A stretch of DNA of 64,000 nt, taken from positions 1-64,000 of the IMG/VR virus record IMGVR_UViG_3300010352_001405; one strand, given 5' to 3'. Numbering within the stretch: position 1 is the stretch's first letter; each line of letters opens with the position of its first letter. Of this stretch, positions 9,822-19,369 are shown in pieces. A model generated the notes under the pieces. It made no database searches. It was given only the letters and a program-made list of their open reading frames with translations, and had not been told where the DNA came from. The translations under genes were made by a program, and so were the position numbers. The DNA is from a virus. Its lineage: Duplodnaviria; Caudoviricetes.

Positions 9822-11177
9822 ATGACAAAAATAGTTAAATTAAACAACGACATTGATAGTGCAAAAGAATTTATAAGTATTATATCGGATAAACAGCTTC
9901 TTATTTATGAAGATATTCAGGGAAGTAAAATTTTTGTTAAATATGATGGTGAAAAATTCATAATAAAACCAAAAACAGTAAAAAATGATCCTCTCAATTT
10001 TGTAGATCTTACAGTTCAAAAATTTTATAATCAAGCTTATAATTATTTTGCATCTTTACCGAGTTATATAACGGATTTATTATCTAGAAGTTGGTGGTTC
10101 TGTTTTGAATATTTTCCACCATATGATGCTTGTCCAGCAAACATTGAATATGCTAAAAATCCGAAAAATAATTTAATATTAACTTGTATAGTTAAAGGAA
10201 ATAAATATAAATATGATTATGCTGAATTACAAGAATATGCCAATTTATTTGATTGTGATCCTCTTCCTGTTATTTATATGGGTAAATTAAATGTAAAACA
10301 ACTCGAAATCATTAATTTATTTTTACACACGTCGCGAGAAGATGTTGAATTTGTTTTCGGCGAAAGTAATTTTGCTAAATTCTTTTATGATATATTAAAT
10401 CCACAGTTGAAAAATTCTTTTTTAATGCAAGACGATGAATTTAATAATAATTTAGAAAAAATTGTCATTAAAATAGAAGGTAACGATGATTTATCTTTCG
10501 AAGTATTAAATCCTCTTTATAAGAGATTGTCATATTATAATGACGACGAATATGTAGAAATGTATAGTTTAATAATTTTAAATTTTTTAGAATATTGTCA
10601 ATTAATTGACATAAGTACATATAAAGTTAAAGCTAATATAAAGGATGATATTTATATCGATTTAATATGTCAATTATTTAATGAATATATGGATAATATT
10701 AAAAAAGATATTGATAAATTGGAATTTAATATACCCCCATTTTTTCAAGAAGAAAAATTTAAAATAAATATCGATTTATTAAATAATAGAAAAACAATTG
10801 AACATGTTAAATCAGATAAAAAAATAGAATATATTTTCAAGGTAATACTTGGAACTTTTAGTAAAAGAAGGAAAAAACCAATTGGTATATTCAACGAACA
10901 AACAGTTGAAATATTTAATAGTTTTGTGGATAAGTTGAGTGCTCATATAGATAAATTATTAAATATAAATAGGGAATATAATTTGCAAAAATCTGATCTA
11001 CTCAATTTCAATGATTATTTCAAATTGAATTTTAATATTGATCATGATTCAAAATTATACCCGGATATTTATAATCATTTCGCTCACGAAGAAACAGGAG
11101 AAGAAAAGAAAGGTAAAAGTAAGAAAAGTAAAACTAGAGGAAGACCTATAGTTGGAAAAAATCCATTAGAAAAATAA
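9822..11177 (+). CDS. Hypothetical protein, possible degenerate RNA-ligase-like nucleotidyltransferase fold
   Basis: IYEDIQGSKIFV resembles motif I (EKxDGS) but lacks the catalytic Lys; FCFEY resembles motif III. Confidence 0.35.
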   Translation: MTKIVKLNNDIDSAKEFISIISDKQLLIYEDIQGSKIFVKYDGEKFIIKPKTVKNDPLNFVDLTVQKFYNQAYNYFASLPSYITDLLSRSWWFCFEYFPPYDACPANIEYAKNPKNNLILTCIVKGNKYKYDYAELQEYANLFDCDPLPVIYMGKLNVKQLEIINLFLHTSREDVEFVFGESNFAKFFYDILNPQLKNSFLMQDDEFNNNLEKIVIKIEGNDDLSFEVLNPLYKRLSYYNDDEYVEMYSLIILNFLEYCQLIDISTYKVKANIKDDIYIDLICQLFNEYMDNIKKDIDKLEFNIPPFFQEEKFKINIDLLNNRKTIEHVKSDKKIEYIFKVILGTFSKRRKKPIGIFNEQTVEIFNSFVDKLSAHIDKLLNINREYNLQKSDLLNFNDYFKLNFNIDHDSKLYPDIYNHFAHEETGEEKKGKSKKSKTRGRPIVGKNPLEK

Positions 11178-11314
11178 ACGATTGTTTCATATATTCTTTA
11201 TAAAAAGATTTATATAAAACAATCGTTTAAATTTTCATGTCTTCTGTTAGTTATTAACAAGGTCAAAAAAAACACTTTATATTTTTAATATATAAAAAGA
11301 AACAATATTTAATT

Positions 11315-11815
11315 ATGAAAATTATTAAAAGTTATGTTGATTTTTCGAAAGAATACAGTTTAAATGAAAATTTAATTAAAAAATCATGGATGAAAATTCA
11401 AGAGTTTTTTAGAAATAAATATAGAAAGTCAGCTTGGATTTATTATGCGTTATTTTTGAAAAAATCTAATAAATTACCAAAAAATAAAATTGAAATTATA
11501 TTACCTTCTAACAATTCGTTAGATAAAATGACTGAAATTCCCGAAAAAAAATATAGCAATTTTAAATTTGGCATATTCGACATCAATGAAAAACAAATCA
11601 CATTACAACATCCAGATCCTAGTATTGAAAATTTAGATGTCGATGAATTGGTCGATGAAATCGTTTTTGCGTATAAAATGAACGCTAATAGAGTCGAAGA
11701 AAACAAACCAAGAACAAAAAATCACGCTTTATATATTTGGGGGGCTCCCGGCATTGGAAAAACTGAAATTCTTCATCAAGTGGCAAACAAATTAAGTATA
11801 GTTGTTCAAGAATGA
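11315..11815 (+). pseudogene. 5' part of a MoxR-like AAA ATPase, truncated just after Walker A
   Basis: ALYIWGAPGIGKTEILHQVANKL then stop; no Walker B. Confidence 0.75.
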
Positions 11816-12681
11816 ATTTATTTTTGGAGAAATTATTATATATTTATATAAATGACGAGGATTTTATTATTGAAAAAAATTCATTACTTGAAGAGTACAC
11901 TAGCTTATTCAATATACAAAATTCCTCGCATCTTTTAAATTTATATAGAAAATTATTCAATTCTTATAATACAATAGGTAAAAAAGAAGATATAATTGAT
12001 ATAACTAAAAAAGATTGTTGTGAATATAGAACAAAATATTATAATTCACCTTCTATAATAATCAACGTTTCTAAAAATTCAATTTTTGAAACAGATATAA
12101 AATTGAATAATATTGAAAACAATTATCATATTTATTTTGAAAATAATTCTAACATAACATACGAAAAACATTTCTCAATGAATAAAACTTCATTAATATA
12201 TGTGTCACCAATAATTAATGATAATTGGGCTTCAGTATTTTTTATAAATTATATTTTATCAAACGGAATAGGGTCAATTTTATATAAAAATATAAGAAAG
12301 AAACATGGTTTGGCTTATTATATAAAATGTAATATAAATAGAATGAGCGATTATTCCGGAATTAATGTCATAATGACAGAAACAGAAGACAGTAAATTGC
12401 CATATTTAATGGATAATTTAGATAAAACTTTAAAAGAAAAATCATTCTTAACTAAAGAAAAATTCGAAAATGTTAAAAATTCTATAATCAATAAAATTGA
12501 TACAATATCAATTAATAGACACAATAATATAGAATATTATATAAAACCAAAAAAATGGTCGATTGAAAAACAAATACATCAAATAACATTAGATAATATT
12601 ATAGAAACTTATGATAAATATTTTAACGTTAATAATTTTATTAAAAGCATAGATAAAGAAGATTTTAGAAAAAAAAATTAA
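11812..12681 (+). pseudogene. M16 (insulinase-like) peptidase lacking its N-terminal HxxEH region
   Basis: FIIEKNSLLEEY and GIGSILYKNIRKKHGLAYYI motifs; starts mid-domain. Confidence 0.6.
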
Positions 12682-12872
12682 TATATATTATAAAACATTT
12701 TAATTAAAAATAATGTGGACATAATATATTGTTATAATAATCAATTAACTTCATTAGAAGGAATAGAAAAACTAGTTAATCTAAAAATATTAAGATGTTC
12801 TAATAATGATTTTTCCAAAGAATATATAAAATATCTAAAAGATTATTGTCTAAAAAATAAAATAAAATTAAT

Positions 12873-13955
12873 ATGATTAAAAGATATAATCAATATATTA
12901 AAGAATCAAGAGAAGATATTGATCCTTATGGCGAAGAAATCTGGGAGGAAGTACCTAGAATCATAGAAATCGCTTTGAAACAAGGAAAACCACTAGATAA
13001 AATAACTAAATTAGATTGTTATAATAATCAATTAACTTCATTAGAAGGAATAGAAAAACTAGTTAATTTAAAAGAATTATGGTGTTCTTATAATCAATTA
13101 ACTAGTCTAGAAGGAATAGAAAAACTAGTTAATTTAAAAGAATTATATTGTTCTAATAATCGATTAACATCATTAGAAGGAATAGAAAAACTAGTTAATT
13201 TAGAAATATTATATTGTTTTTATAATCAATTAACTTCATTAGAAGGAATAGAAAAACTAGTCAATTTAAAAACATTATATTGTCATCATAATCGATTAAC
13301 TTCATTAGAAGGAATAGAAAAACTAGTTAATTTAAAAGAATTATATTGTCATCATAATCGATTAACTTCATTAAAAGGAATAGAAAAACTAGTTAATTTA
13401 GAAATATTATATTGTTATAATAATCAATTAACTTCATTAGAAGGAATAGAAAAACTAGTTAATTTAAAAACATTATATTGTCATCATAATCAATTAACTT
13501 CATTAGAAGGAATAGAAAAACTAGTTAATTTAAAAACATTATATTGTCATCATAATCGATTAACTTCATTAAAAGGAATAGAAAAACTAGTCAATTTAGA
13601 AATATTAGATTGTCATTCTAATCGATTAACTTCATTAGAAGGAATAGAAAAACTAGTCAATTTAGAAATATTAGATTGTTATAATAATCAATTAACTTCA
13701 TTAGAAGGAATAGAAAAACTAGTTAATTTAAAAGAATTATGGTGTTCTTATAATCAATTAATTTCATTAGAAGGAATAGAAAAACTAGTTAATTTAAAAA
13801 CGTTATGGTGTTATAATAATCAATTAACTTCATTAGAAGGAATAGAAAAACTAGTTGATTTAAAAATATTAAATTGTTCTAATAATGATTTTTCCAAAGA
13901 ATATATAAAATATCTAAAAGATTATTGTCTAAAAAATAAAATAAAATTAATATGA
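12873..13955 (+). CDS. Leucine-rich repeat protein (13 x 22 aa plus cap)
   Basis: LxxLxCxxNQLTSLEGIEKLVN repeats. Confidence 0.95.
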   Translation: MIKRYNQYIKESREDIDPYGEEIWEEVPRIIEIALKQGKPLDKITKLDCYNNQLTSLEGIEKLVNLKELWCSYNQLTSLEGIEKLVNLKELYCSNNRLTSLEGIEKLVNLEILYCFYNQLTSLEGIEKLVNLKTLYCHHNRLTSLEGIEKLVNLKELYCHHNRLTSLKGIEKLVNLEILYCYNNQLTSLEGIEKLVNLKTLYCHHNQLTSLEGIEKLVNLKTLYCHHNRLTSLKGIEKLVNLEILDCHSNRLTSLEGIEKLVNLEILDCYNNQLTSLEGIEKLVNLKELWCSYNQLISLEGIEKLVNLKTLWCYNNQLTSLEGIEKLVDLKILNCSNNDFSKEYIKYLKDYCLKNKIKLI

Positions 13956-15034
13956 TTAAAAAATATAATCAATATATTAAAGAATCAAGAGAAGATATTG
14001 ATCCTTATGGCGAAGAAATCTGGGAGGAAGTACCTAGAATCATAGAAATCGCTTTTAAACAAGGAAAACCACTGGACAAAATAACTGAATTAAATTGTTC
14101 TAATAATCAATTAACTTCATTAGAAGGAATAGAAAAACTAGTTAATTTAAAAATATTATATTGTTATAATAATCAATTAACTTCATTAGAAGGAATAGAA
14201 AAACTAGTTAATTTAAAAGAATTATATTGTTCTTATAATCAATTAACTAGTCTAGAAGGAATAGAAAAACTAGTTAATTTAAAAGAATTATATTGTTCTA
14301 ATAATCGATTAACATCATTAGAAGGAATAGAAAAACTAGTTGATCTAAAAATATTAAGATGTTCATATAATCAATTAACTTCATTAGAAGGAATAGAAAA
14401 ACTAGTCAATTTAGAAATATTAGATTGTTCTAGTAATCAATTAACTTCATTAGAAGGAATAGAAAAACTAGTTGATCTAAAAATATTAAGTTGTTATAAT
14501 AATCAATTAACTTCATTAGAAGGAATAGAAAAACTAGTCAATTTAGAAATATTAGATTTTTATGATAATCAATTAACTTCACTAGAAGGAATAGAAAAAC
14601 TAGTTAATTTAAAAGAATTAAATTGTTCTAATAATCAATTAACTTCATTAGAAGGAATAGAAAAACTAGTCAATTTAAAAACATTATATTGTCATCATAA
14701 TCGATTAACTTCATTAGAAGGAATAGAAAAACTAGTTAATTTAGAACGATTATATTGTTCTGATAATAAATTAACTTCATTAGAAGGAATAGAAAAACTA
14801 GTTGATCTAAAAATATTAAGTTGTTATAATAATCAATTAACTTCATTAGAAGGAATAGAAAAACTAGTCAATTTAGAAATATTAGATTTTTATAATAATC
14901 AATTAACTTCACTAGAAGGAATAGAAAAACTAGTTAATCTAAAAACATTAAGTTGTTCTAATAATGATTTTTCCAAAGAATATATAAAATATCTAAAAGA
15001 TTATTTAAAAAATAAAATAGAATTATTAATATGA
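13952..15034 (+). CDS. Leucine-rich repeat protein (13 repeats)
   Basis: Same repeat; ATGA overlap with the upstream gene. Confidence 0.95.
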   Translation: MIKKYNQYIKESREDIDPYGEEIWEEVPRIIEIAFKQGKPLDKITELNCSNNQLTSLEGIEKLVNLKILYCYNNQLTSLEGIEKLVNLKELYCSYNQLTSLEGIEKLVNLKELYCSNNRLTSLEGIEKLVDLKILRCSYNQLTSLEGIEKLVNLEILDCSSNQLTSLEGIEKLVDLKILSCYNNQLTSLEGIEKLVNLEILDFYDNQLTSLEGIEKLVNLKELNCSNNQLTSLEGIEKLVNLKTLYCHHNRLTSLEGIEKLVNLERLYCSDNKLTSLEGIEKLVDLKILSCYNNQLTSLEGIEKLVNLEILDFYNNQLTSLEGIEKLVNLKTLSCSNNDFSKEYIKYLKDYLKNKIELLI

Positions 15035-16113
15035 TTAAAAGATATAATCAATATATTAAAGAATCAAGAGAAGATATTGATCCTTATGGCGAAGAAATCT
15101 GGGAGGATGTGCCTAGAATCATAGAAATATCCTTGGAACAAGGAAAACCACTAGATAAAATAACTAAATTAGAATGTTCTAATAATCAATTAACTTCATT
15201 AGAAGGAATAGAAAAACTAGTTAATTTAAAAGAATTATGGTGTTCTTATAATCAATTAACTAGTCTAGAAGGAATAGAAAAACTAGTTAATTTAAAAATA
15301 TTATATTGTTATAATAATCAATTAACTTCATTAGAAGGAATAGAAAAACTAGTTAATTTAGAAATATTATATTGTTTTTATAATCAATTAACTTCATTAG
15401 AAGGAATAGAAAAACTAGTTAATTTAAAAATATTATATTGTTATAATAATCAATTAACTTCATTAGAAGGAATAGAAAAACTAGTCAATTTAGAAATATT
15501 AGATTGTTCTAGTAATCAATTAACATCATTAGAAGGAATAGAAAAACTAGTTAATTTAAAAACATTATATTGTCATCATAATCGATTAACTTCATTAAAA
15601 GGAATAGAAAAACTAGTTAATTTAAAAACATTATATTGTCATCATAATCGATTAACTTCATTAAAAGGAATAGAAAAACTAGTCAATTTAGAAATATTAG
15701 ATTGTTATAATAATCAATTAACTTCATTAGAAGGAATAGAAAAACTAGTCAATTTAAAAACATTATATTGTCATCATAATCGATTAACTTCATTAGAAGG
15801 AATAGAAAAACTAGTTAATTTAAAAATATTAAGTTGTTCTTATAATCAATTAACTTCATTAGAAGGAATAGAAAAACTAGTTAATTTAGAAATATTATAT
15901 TGTTATAATAATCAATTAACTTCATTAAAAGGAATAGAAAAACTAGTCAATTTAAAAACATTATATTGTCATCATAATCGATTAACTTCACTAGAAGGAA
16001 TAGAAAAACTAGTTAATCTAAAAACATTAAGTTGTTCTAATAATGATTTTTCCAAAGAATATATAAAATATTTAAAAAATTATTGTCTAAAAAATAAAAT
16101 AAAATTAATATGA
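15031..16113 (+). CDS. Leucine-rich repeat protein (13 repeats)
   Basis: Same repeat. Confidence 0.95.
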   Translation: MIKRYNQYIKESREDIDPYGEEIWEDVPRIIEISLEQGKPLDKITKLECSNNQLTSLEGIEKLVNLKELWCSYNQLTSLEGIEKLVNLKILYCYNNQLTSLEGIEKLVNLEILYCFYNQLTSLEGIEKLVNLKILYCYNNQLTSLEGIEKLVNLEILDCSSNQLTSLEGIEKLVNLKTLYCHHNRLTSLKGIEKLVNLKTLYCHHNRLTSLKGIEKLVNLEILDCYNNQLTSLEGIEKLVNLKTLYCHHNRLTSLEGIEKLVNLKILSCSYNQLTSLEGIEKLVNLEILYCYNNQLTSLKGIEKLVNLKTLYCHHNRLTSLEGIEKLVNLKTLSCSNNDFSKEYIKYLKNYCLKNKIKLI

Positions 16114-16862
16114 TTAAAAAATATAATCAATATATTAAAGAATCAAGAGAAGATATTGATCCTTATGGCGAAGAAATCTGGGAGGAAGTACCTAGAATCA
16201 TAGAAATCGCTTTTAAACAAGGAAAACCACTGGACAAAATAACTGAATTAAATTGTTCTAATAATCAATTAACTTCATTAGAAGGAATAAAAAAACTAGT
16301 TAATTTAAAATTATTAGATTGTTTTAATAATCAATTAACTTCATTAGAAGGAATAGAAAAACTAGTCAATTTAGAAATATTATATTGTTATAATAATCAA
16401 TTAACTTCATTAGAAGGAATAGAAAAACTAGTTAATTTAAAAGAATTATATTGTTCTGATAATAAATTAACTTCATTAGAAGGAATAGAAAAACTAGTTA
16501 ATTTAGAACGATTATATTGTTCTGATAATAAATTAACTTCATTAGAAGGAATAGAAAAACTAGTTAATTTAGAACGATTATATTGTTCTGATAATAAATT
16601 AACTTCATTAGAAGGAATAGAAAAACTAGTTGATCTAAAAATATTAAGTTGTTATAATAATCAATTAACTTCATTAGAAGGAATAGAAAAACTAGTTAAT
16701 TTAAAAGGATTATGGTGTTATAATAATCAATTAACTTCATTAGAAGGAATAGAAAAACTAGTCAATTTAGAAATATTAGATTGTTATAATAATGATTTTT
16801 CCAAAGAATATTTGGAATATTTAAAAGATTATTGTCTAAAAAATAAAATAAAATTAATATGA
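16110..16862 (+). CDS. Leucine-rich repeat protein (8 repeats)
   Basis: Same repeat; 330 bp shorter, equal to 5 units. Confidence 0.95.
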   Translation: MIKKYNQYIKESREDIDPYGEEIWEEVPRIIEIAFKQGKPLDKITELNCSNNQLTSLEGIKKLVNLKLLDCFNNQLTSLEGIEKLVNLEILYCYNNQLTSLEGIEKLVNLKELYCSDNKLTSLEGIEKLVNLERLYCSDNKLTSLEGIEKLVNLERLYCSDNKLTSLEGIEKLVDLKILSCYNNQLTSLEGIEKLVNLKGLWCYNNQLTSLEGIEKLVNLEILDCYNNDFSKEYLEYLKDYCLKNKIKLI

Positions 16863-16944
16863 TTAAAAAATATAATCAATATATTAAAGAATCAAGAGAA
16901 GATATTGATAAATTTCGCCTTCTCTGTAATCTTTCACAACAGAA

Positions 16945-17568
16945 ATGACCAAAATAATTTTTGAATGGTTAAGAAAGGTCGGAAAGGCGAAAGTAAATTG
17001 GAGAGTCGAGTTAAAAAGATTCGTCGCTAATATATATGATGAACTTGATTATATGTATTCTAATAGAAGATTTATTTGGCAGGATATGCATTTACCAGGG
17101 CCACATCCATCAGACAAATCAACATATCAAAATGTTGTCGTGGCGATTGACACATCGGGTTCGATTTCAGATGATAGTTTAAATAAATTTGCCGCGGAAT
17201 TATTGAAATTATTTAAACTTTATAGTGTATTGAATTGTTATGTAATATGGTGTGATAATGACATTACATCTGTTCAAATATTCGAAAAAGCGGATAAGAG
17301 TTTTAAAATAGATAAACTTAAACCAAAAGGTGGAGGCGGAACAAGTTTTAAACCGCCATTTAAATGGGTTCAAAATAACATATTGAAAAAAGGCAAAATC
17401 CCTGCTTTTATGGTTTATTTCACAGATGCTTATGGTGATGCACCAAATATAGGTGAATATTCTATAAAATCATATGCTAATAGAGTATTGTGGGTAATAA
17501 CTAATAACGATCAAGCTTCAAATATTAAATTTGGAAAAAGAATATTTATAGATAAAATACTCGAATGA
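16945..17568 (+). pseudogene. VWA-like (DUF2201-type) C-terminal domain; N-terminal metallopeptidase part missing
   Basis: VNWRVELKRFV, VVAIDTSGSI (MIDAS), GGGGTSFKPPF, VYFTDAYG. Confidence 0.75.
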
Positions 17569-17723
17569 CTTGGTAATTTTGGTAATTCAATTAATTTATT
17601 ACTATAACACCATAATATTTCTAATGTATCTGGTAAATCAGGTAATTCAATTAAATTTTGATTAGATAAATTTAAAAAAGTAATTACGTTTTCAAATAGT
17701 TTATATTTTTTAATGTATTTCAC
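17569..17723 (-). pseudogene. Truncated bacterial-type (LPxLP) LRR gene with CTS-like N-terminus
   Basis: MKYIKKYKLFE...LNLSNQNLIELPDLPDTLEILWCYSNKLIELPKLP, then runs into the antisense strand of the VWA gene. Confidence 0.7.
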
Positions 17724-17823
17724 AAGTTATATTTTTTTGCTAAATATGGTCAATTTTTTCTTATTCTTATATATTATTTTTTTTATGATAAACTTTTTAT
17801 ATATTTGTATATAATAATAATTA

Positions 17824-18381
17824 ATGAAAGAATTAGATATTTATACAGATTGTTCTGGATCTTTAAATGATTTTGGTATATCTATTGTTGTCATTGACAA
17901 CGATGAAGAAAGTATTCAAAATTACAAAACAAATACAGAGTCTTTAAACCATGAATTTAAAACTTTAGATGAATGTGGTAGTACCACAATCGGCGAATTA
18001 TATGCTATATACAAATCGTTATCTAATCTTATGGTAAAGAAAGAAATAAAAAATCATATTAAAATCTATACCGATAATGAAAGTATTTTTATGTTATTAA
18101 ATGGTGTATCTAAATTAAGAAATTGGAAAAAAAATAAAGACAATGACTCATTATTACACATCTTATATTCAAGATGCATGCGCGTTTTAAATGAACATAA
18201 AAATATCGAAGTTCTTTTTATAAAATCTCATATAGGTATATATGGCAATGAAGTAGCAAATATTTATGCCCAGTCGATTAGAAATGATGGGTTAGAATAT
18301 AAAAAAGGTAAAAAAAAATATAATGTTCCGCCTTTAGATAGAGTTAATAGTTTTATTTCAATTTTTAAAAAATTATCTTAA
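17824..18381 (+). CDS. rnhA: Ribonuclease HI-like protein
   Basis: IYTDCSG, GELYAI, IYTDNES, IKSHIGIYGNEVAN. Confidence 0.8.
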   Translation: MKELDIYTDCSGSLNDFGISIVVIDNDEESIQNYKTNTESLNHEFKTLDECGSTTIGELYAIYKSLSNLMVKKEIKNHIKIYTDNESIFMLLNGVSKLRNWKKNKDNDSLLHILYSRCMRVLNEHKNIEVLFIKSHIGIYGNEVANIYAQSIRNDGLEYKKGKKKYNVPPLDRVNSFISIFKKLS

Positions 18382-18578
18382 AATTTTTTTATTTAAATAA
18401 ATATTTGTAATTTTGTAATGTAATATAAAAAATATAAAAACTATGAAAACAAAAATTAAATTGAAGAAACGTAATATCGATTTTATGATCTGTACACTTA
18501 CAGAAAAAGTAATATTTGAAGATATTTCTAAAAAAGAAAGGAAAACAATAAAAAATATTCTCAAAAAACTCGGAGATT

Positions 18579-18797
18579 ATGAAGATCTGTAAAGTTTGTG
18601 GGAATTTTATTCCGGAAGGAAGAATTAAAGCTATACCAAATACACAAACATGTATTGATTGTTCAGACACTGATAAAAAAAAGGATTTCACAGTCATTAC
18701 AGGTAAAACAACATATTCTGAAATAGATATTGTTGATGATCATATATATAATGTTCTTAATAATTTTGATAGAAAAAAATATTCAGAAATTAATTAA
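18579..18797 (+). CDS. DksA/TraR C4 zinc-finger protein
   Basis: CKVCGNFIPEGRIKAIPNTQTCIDC. Confidence 0.85.
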   Translation: MKICKVCGNFIPEGRIKAIPNTQTCIDCSDTDKKKDFTVITGKTTYSEIDIVDDHIYNVLNNFDRKKYSEIN

Positions 18798-18906
18798 AAT
18801 AATTTTTTATTTCAAAAACTTTTTATAATTTTGTAATATAATTAAAAAATAATAAAAAGGAATAAAAATGGAAAAAATTGACATTTTTAATATAATATAT
18901 AAAAAT

Positions 18907-18978
18907 ATGAAAAACATGAATCACAAATATTATAATGATTGTATTATTAATGATAAGCTAAAAATGCTGATTGGATGA
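18907..18978 (+). CDS. Putative attenuator leader peptide 1 (MKNMNHKYYNDCIINDKLKMLIG)
   Basis: Short ORF after TGACATTTTT..TATAATATATAAAA; its last codons contain CTGATTGG, complementary to the terminator arm. Confidence 0.7.
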   Translation: MKNMNHKYYNDCIINDKLKMLIG

Positions 18979-19000
18979 ACTATGTTTATTTAACATAACG

Positions 19001-19036
19001 AAACCCCAATCAGAAATGACTGGGGTTTTTTGTTTT
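19001..19036 (+). terminator. Intrinsic terminator of attenuator 1
   Basis: aaaccccaatcagaaatgactggggttttttg hairpin plus U tract; identical core at 28168. Confidence 0.85.
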
Positions 19037-19058
19037 AATATTGTTGTTTGAAAAATTA

Positions 19059-19125
19059 AAAGTCGACGAGTAGGGACAATCCAGACCTGTAAAATCTTAT
19101 TAGGATGTTCGAAACAGTACTTTGG
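19059..19125 (+). pseudogene. Possible degenerate tRNA-Tyr(GTA) remnant
   Basis: aaagt/acttt ends, CTGTAAA loop, TTCGAAA loop; stems are poor. Confidence 0.25.
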
Positions 19126-19142
19126 ATAGTTTGATATAAAAA

Positions 19143-19219
19143 CGGCGTGTATCACCTCTCTCTGATAAGGAGTTGAAAGTGTAACTGGTCACATGATGGT
19201 TCGACTCCATTCTCGCCGA
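19143..19219 (+). tRNA. Atypical D-arm-less tRNA-like RNA, anticodon GAT (Ile)
   Basis: cggcgtg/ctcgccg acceptor, CTGATAA loop, gatgg-TTCGACT-ccatt T arm, extra hairpin gtg-TAACTGGT-cac in the variable region. Confidence 0.6.
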
Positions 19220-19245
19220 CAAATTGTTTTTTGATTTAATGAAAC

Positions 19246-19323
19246 GGCAAGGTGCTCGAGTGGTCCAAGGGAACCGCCTGCAAAGCGGCATTATGATCGT
19301 GGGTTCGAATCCCACCCTTGTCT
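19246..19323 (+). tRNA. tRNA-Cys(GCA)
   Basis: Cloverleaf; ccgc-CTGCAAA-gcgg; GTTCGAATC; U discriminator. Confidence 0.9.
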
Positions 19324-19369
19324 CATCAATAAAAATAAATTGTTCTTTGAAATTTTGTAAAAATATTAA

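Larger units (their letters stand above)
12725..16908 (+). repeat. Tandem LRR gene array built from 66-bp units; gene period 1079 bp; partial copies at both ends
   Basis: Near-invariant caattaacttcattagaaggaatagaaaaactagttaattta core; starts at 12873, 13952, 15031, 16110, 16859; 3'-only remnant at 12725-12876; 5'-only remnant at 16859-16908. Confidence 0.95.

Noticed and set aside
11800-11850. TGA recoded as Trp to extend the AAA ATPase
   Set aside because: Read-through gives non-AAA sequence and another stop soon after; long genes are intact in code 11 and there is no suppressor tRNA
12873-16862. Diversity-generating retroelement acting on the LRRs (many variable codons are NNT)
   Set aside because: No reverse transcriptase or template repeat in the window; neighbouring adenines are invariant; variants recur as whole modules
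12725-16908. CRISPR-like pattern of constant repeat plus variable spacer
   Set aside because: Units are in-frame 66-bp LRR codons, the variable parts recur, and there are no cas genes
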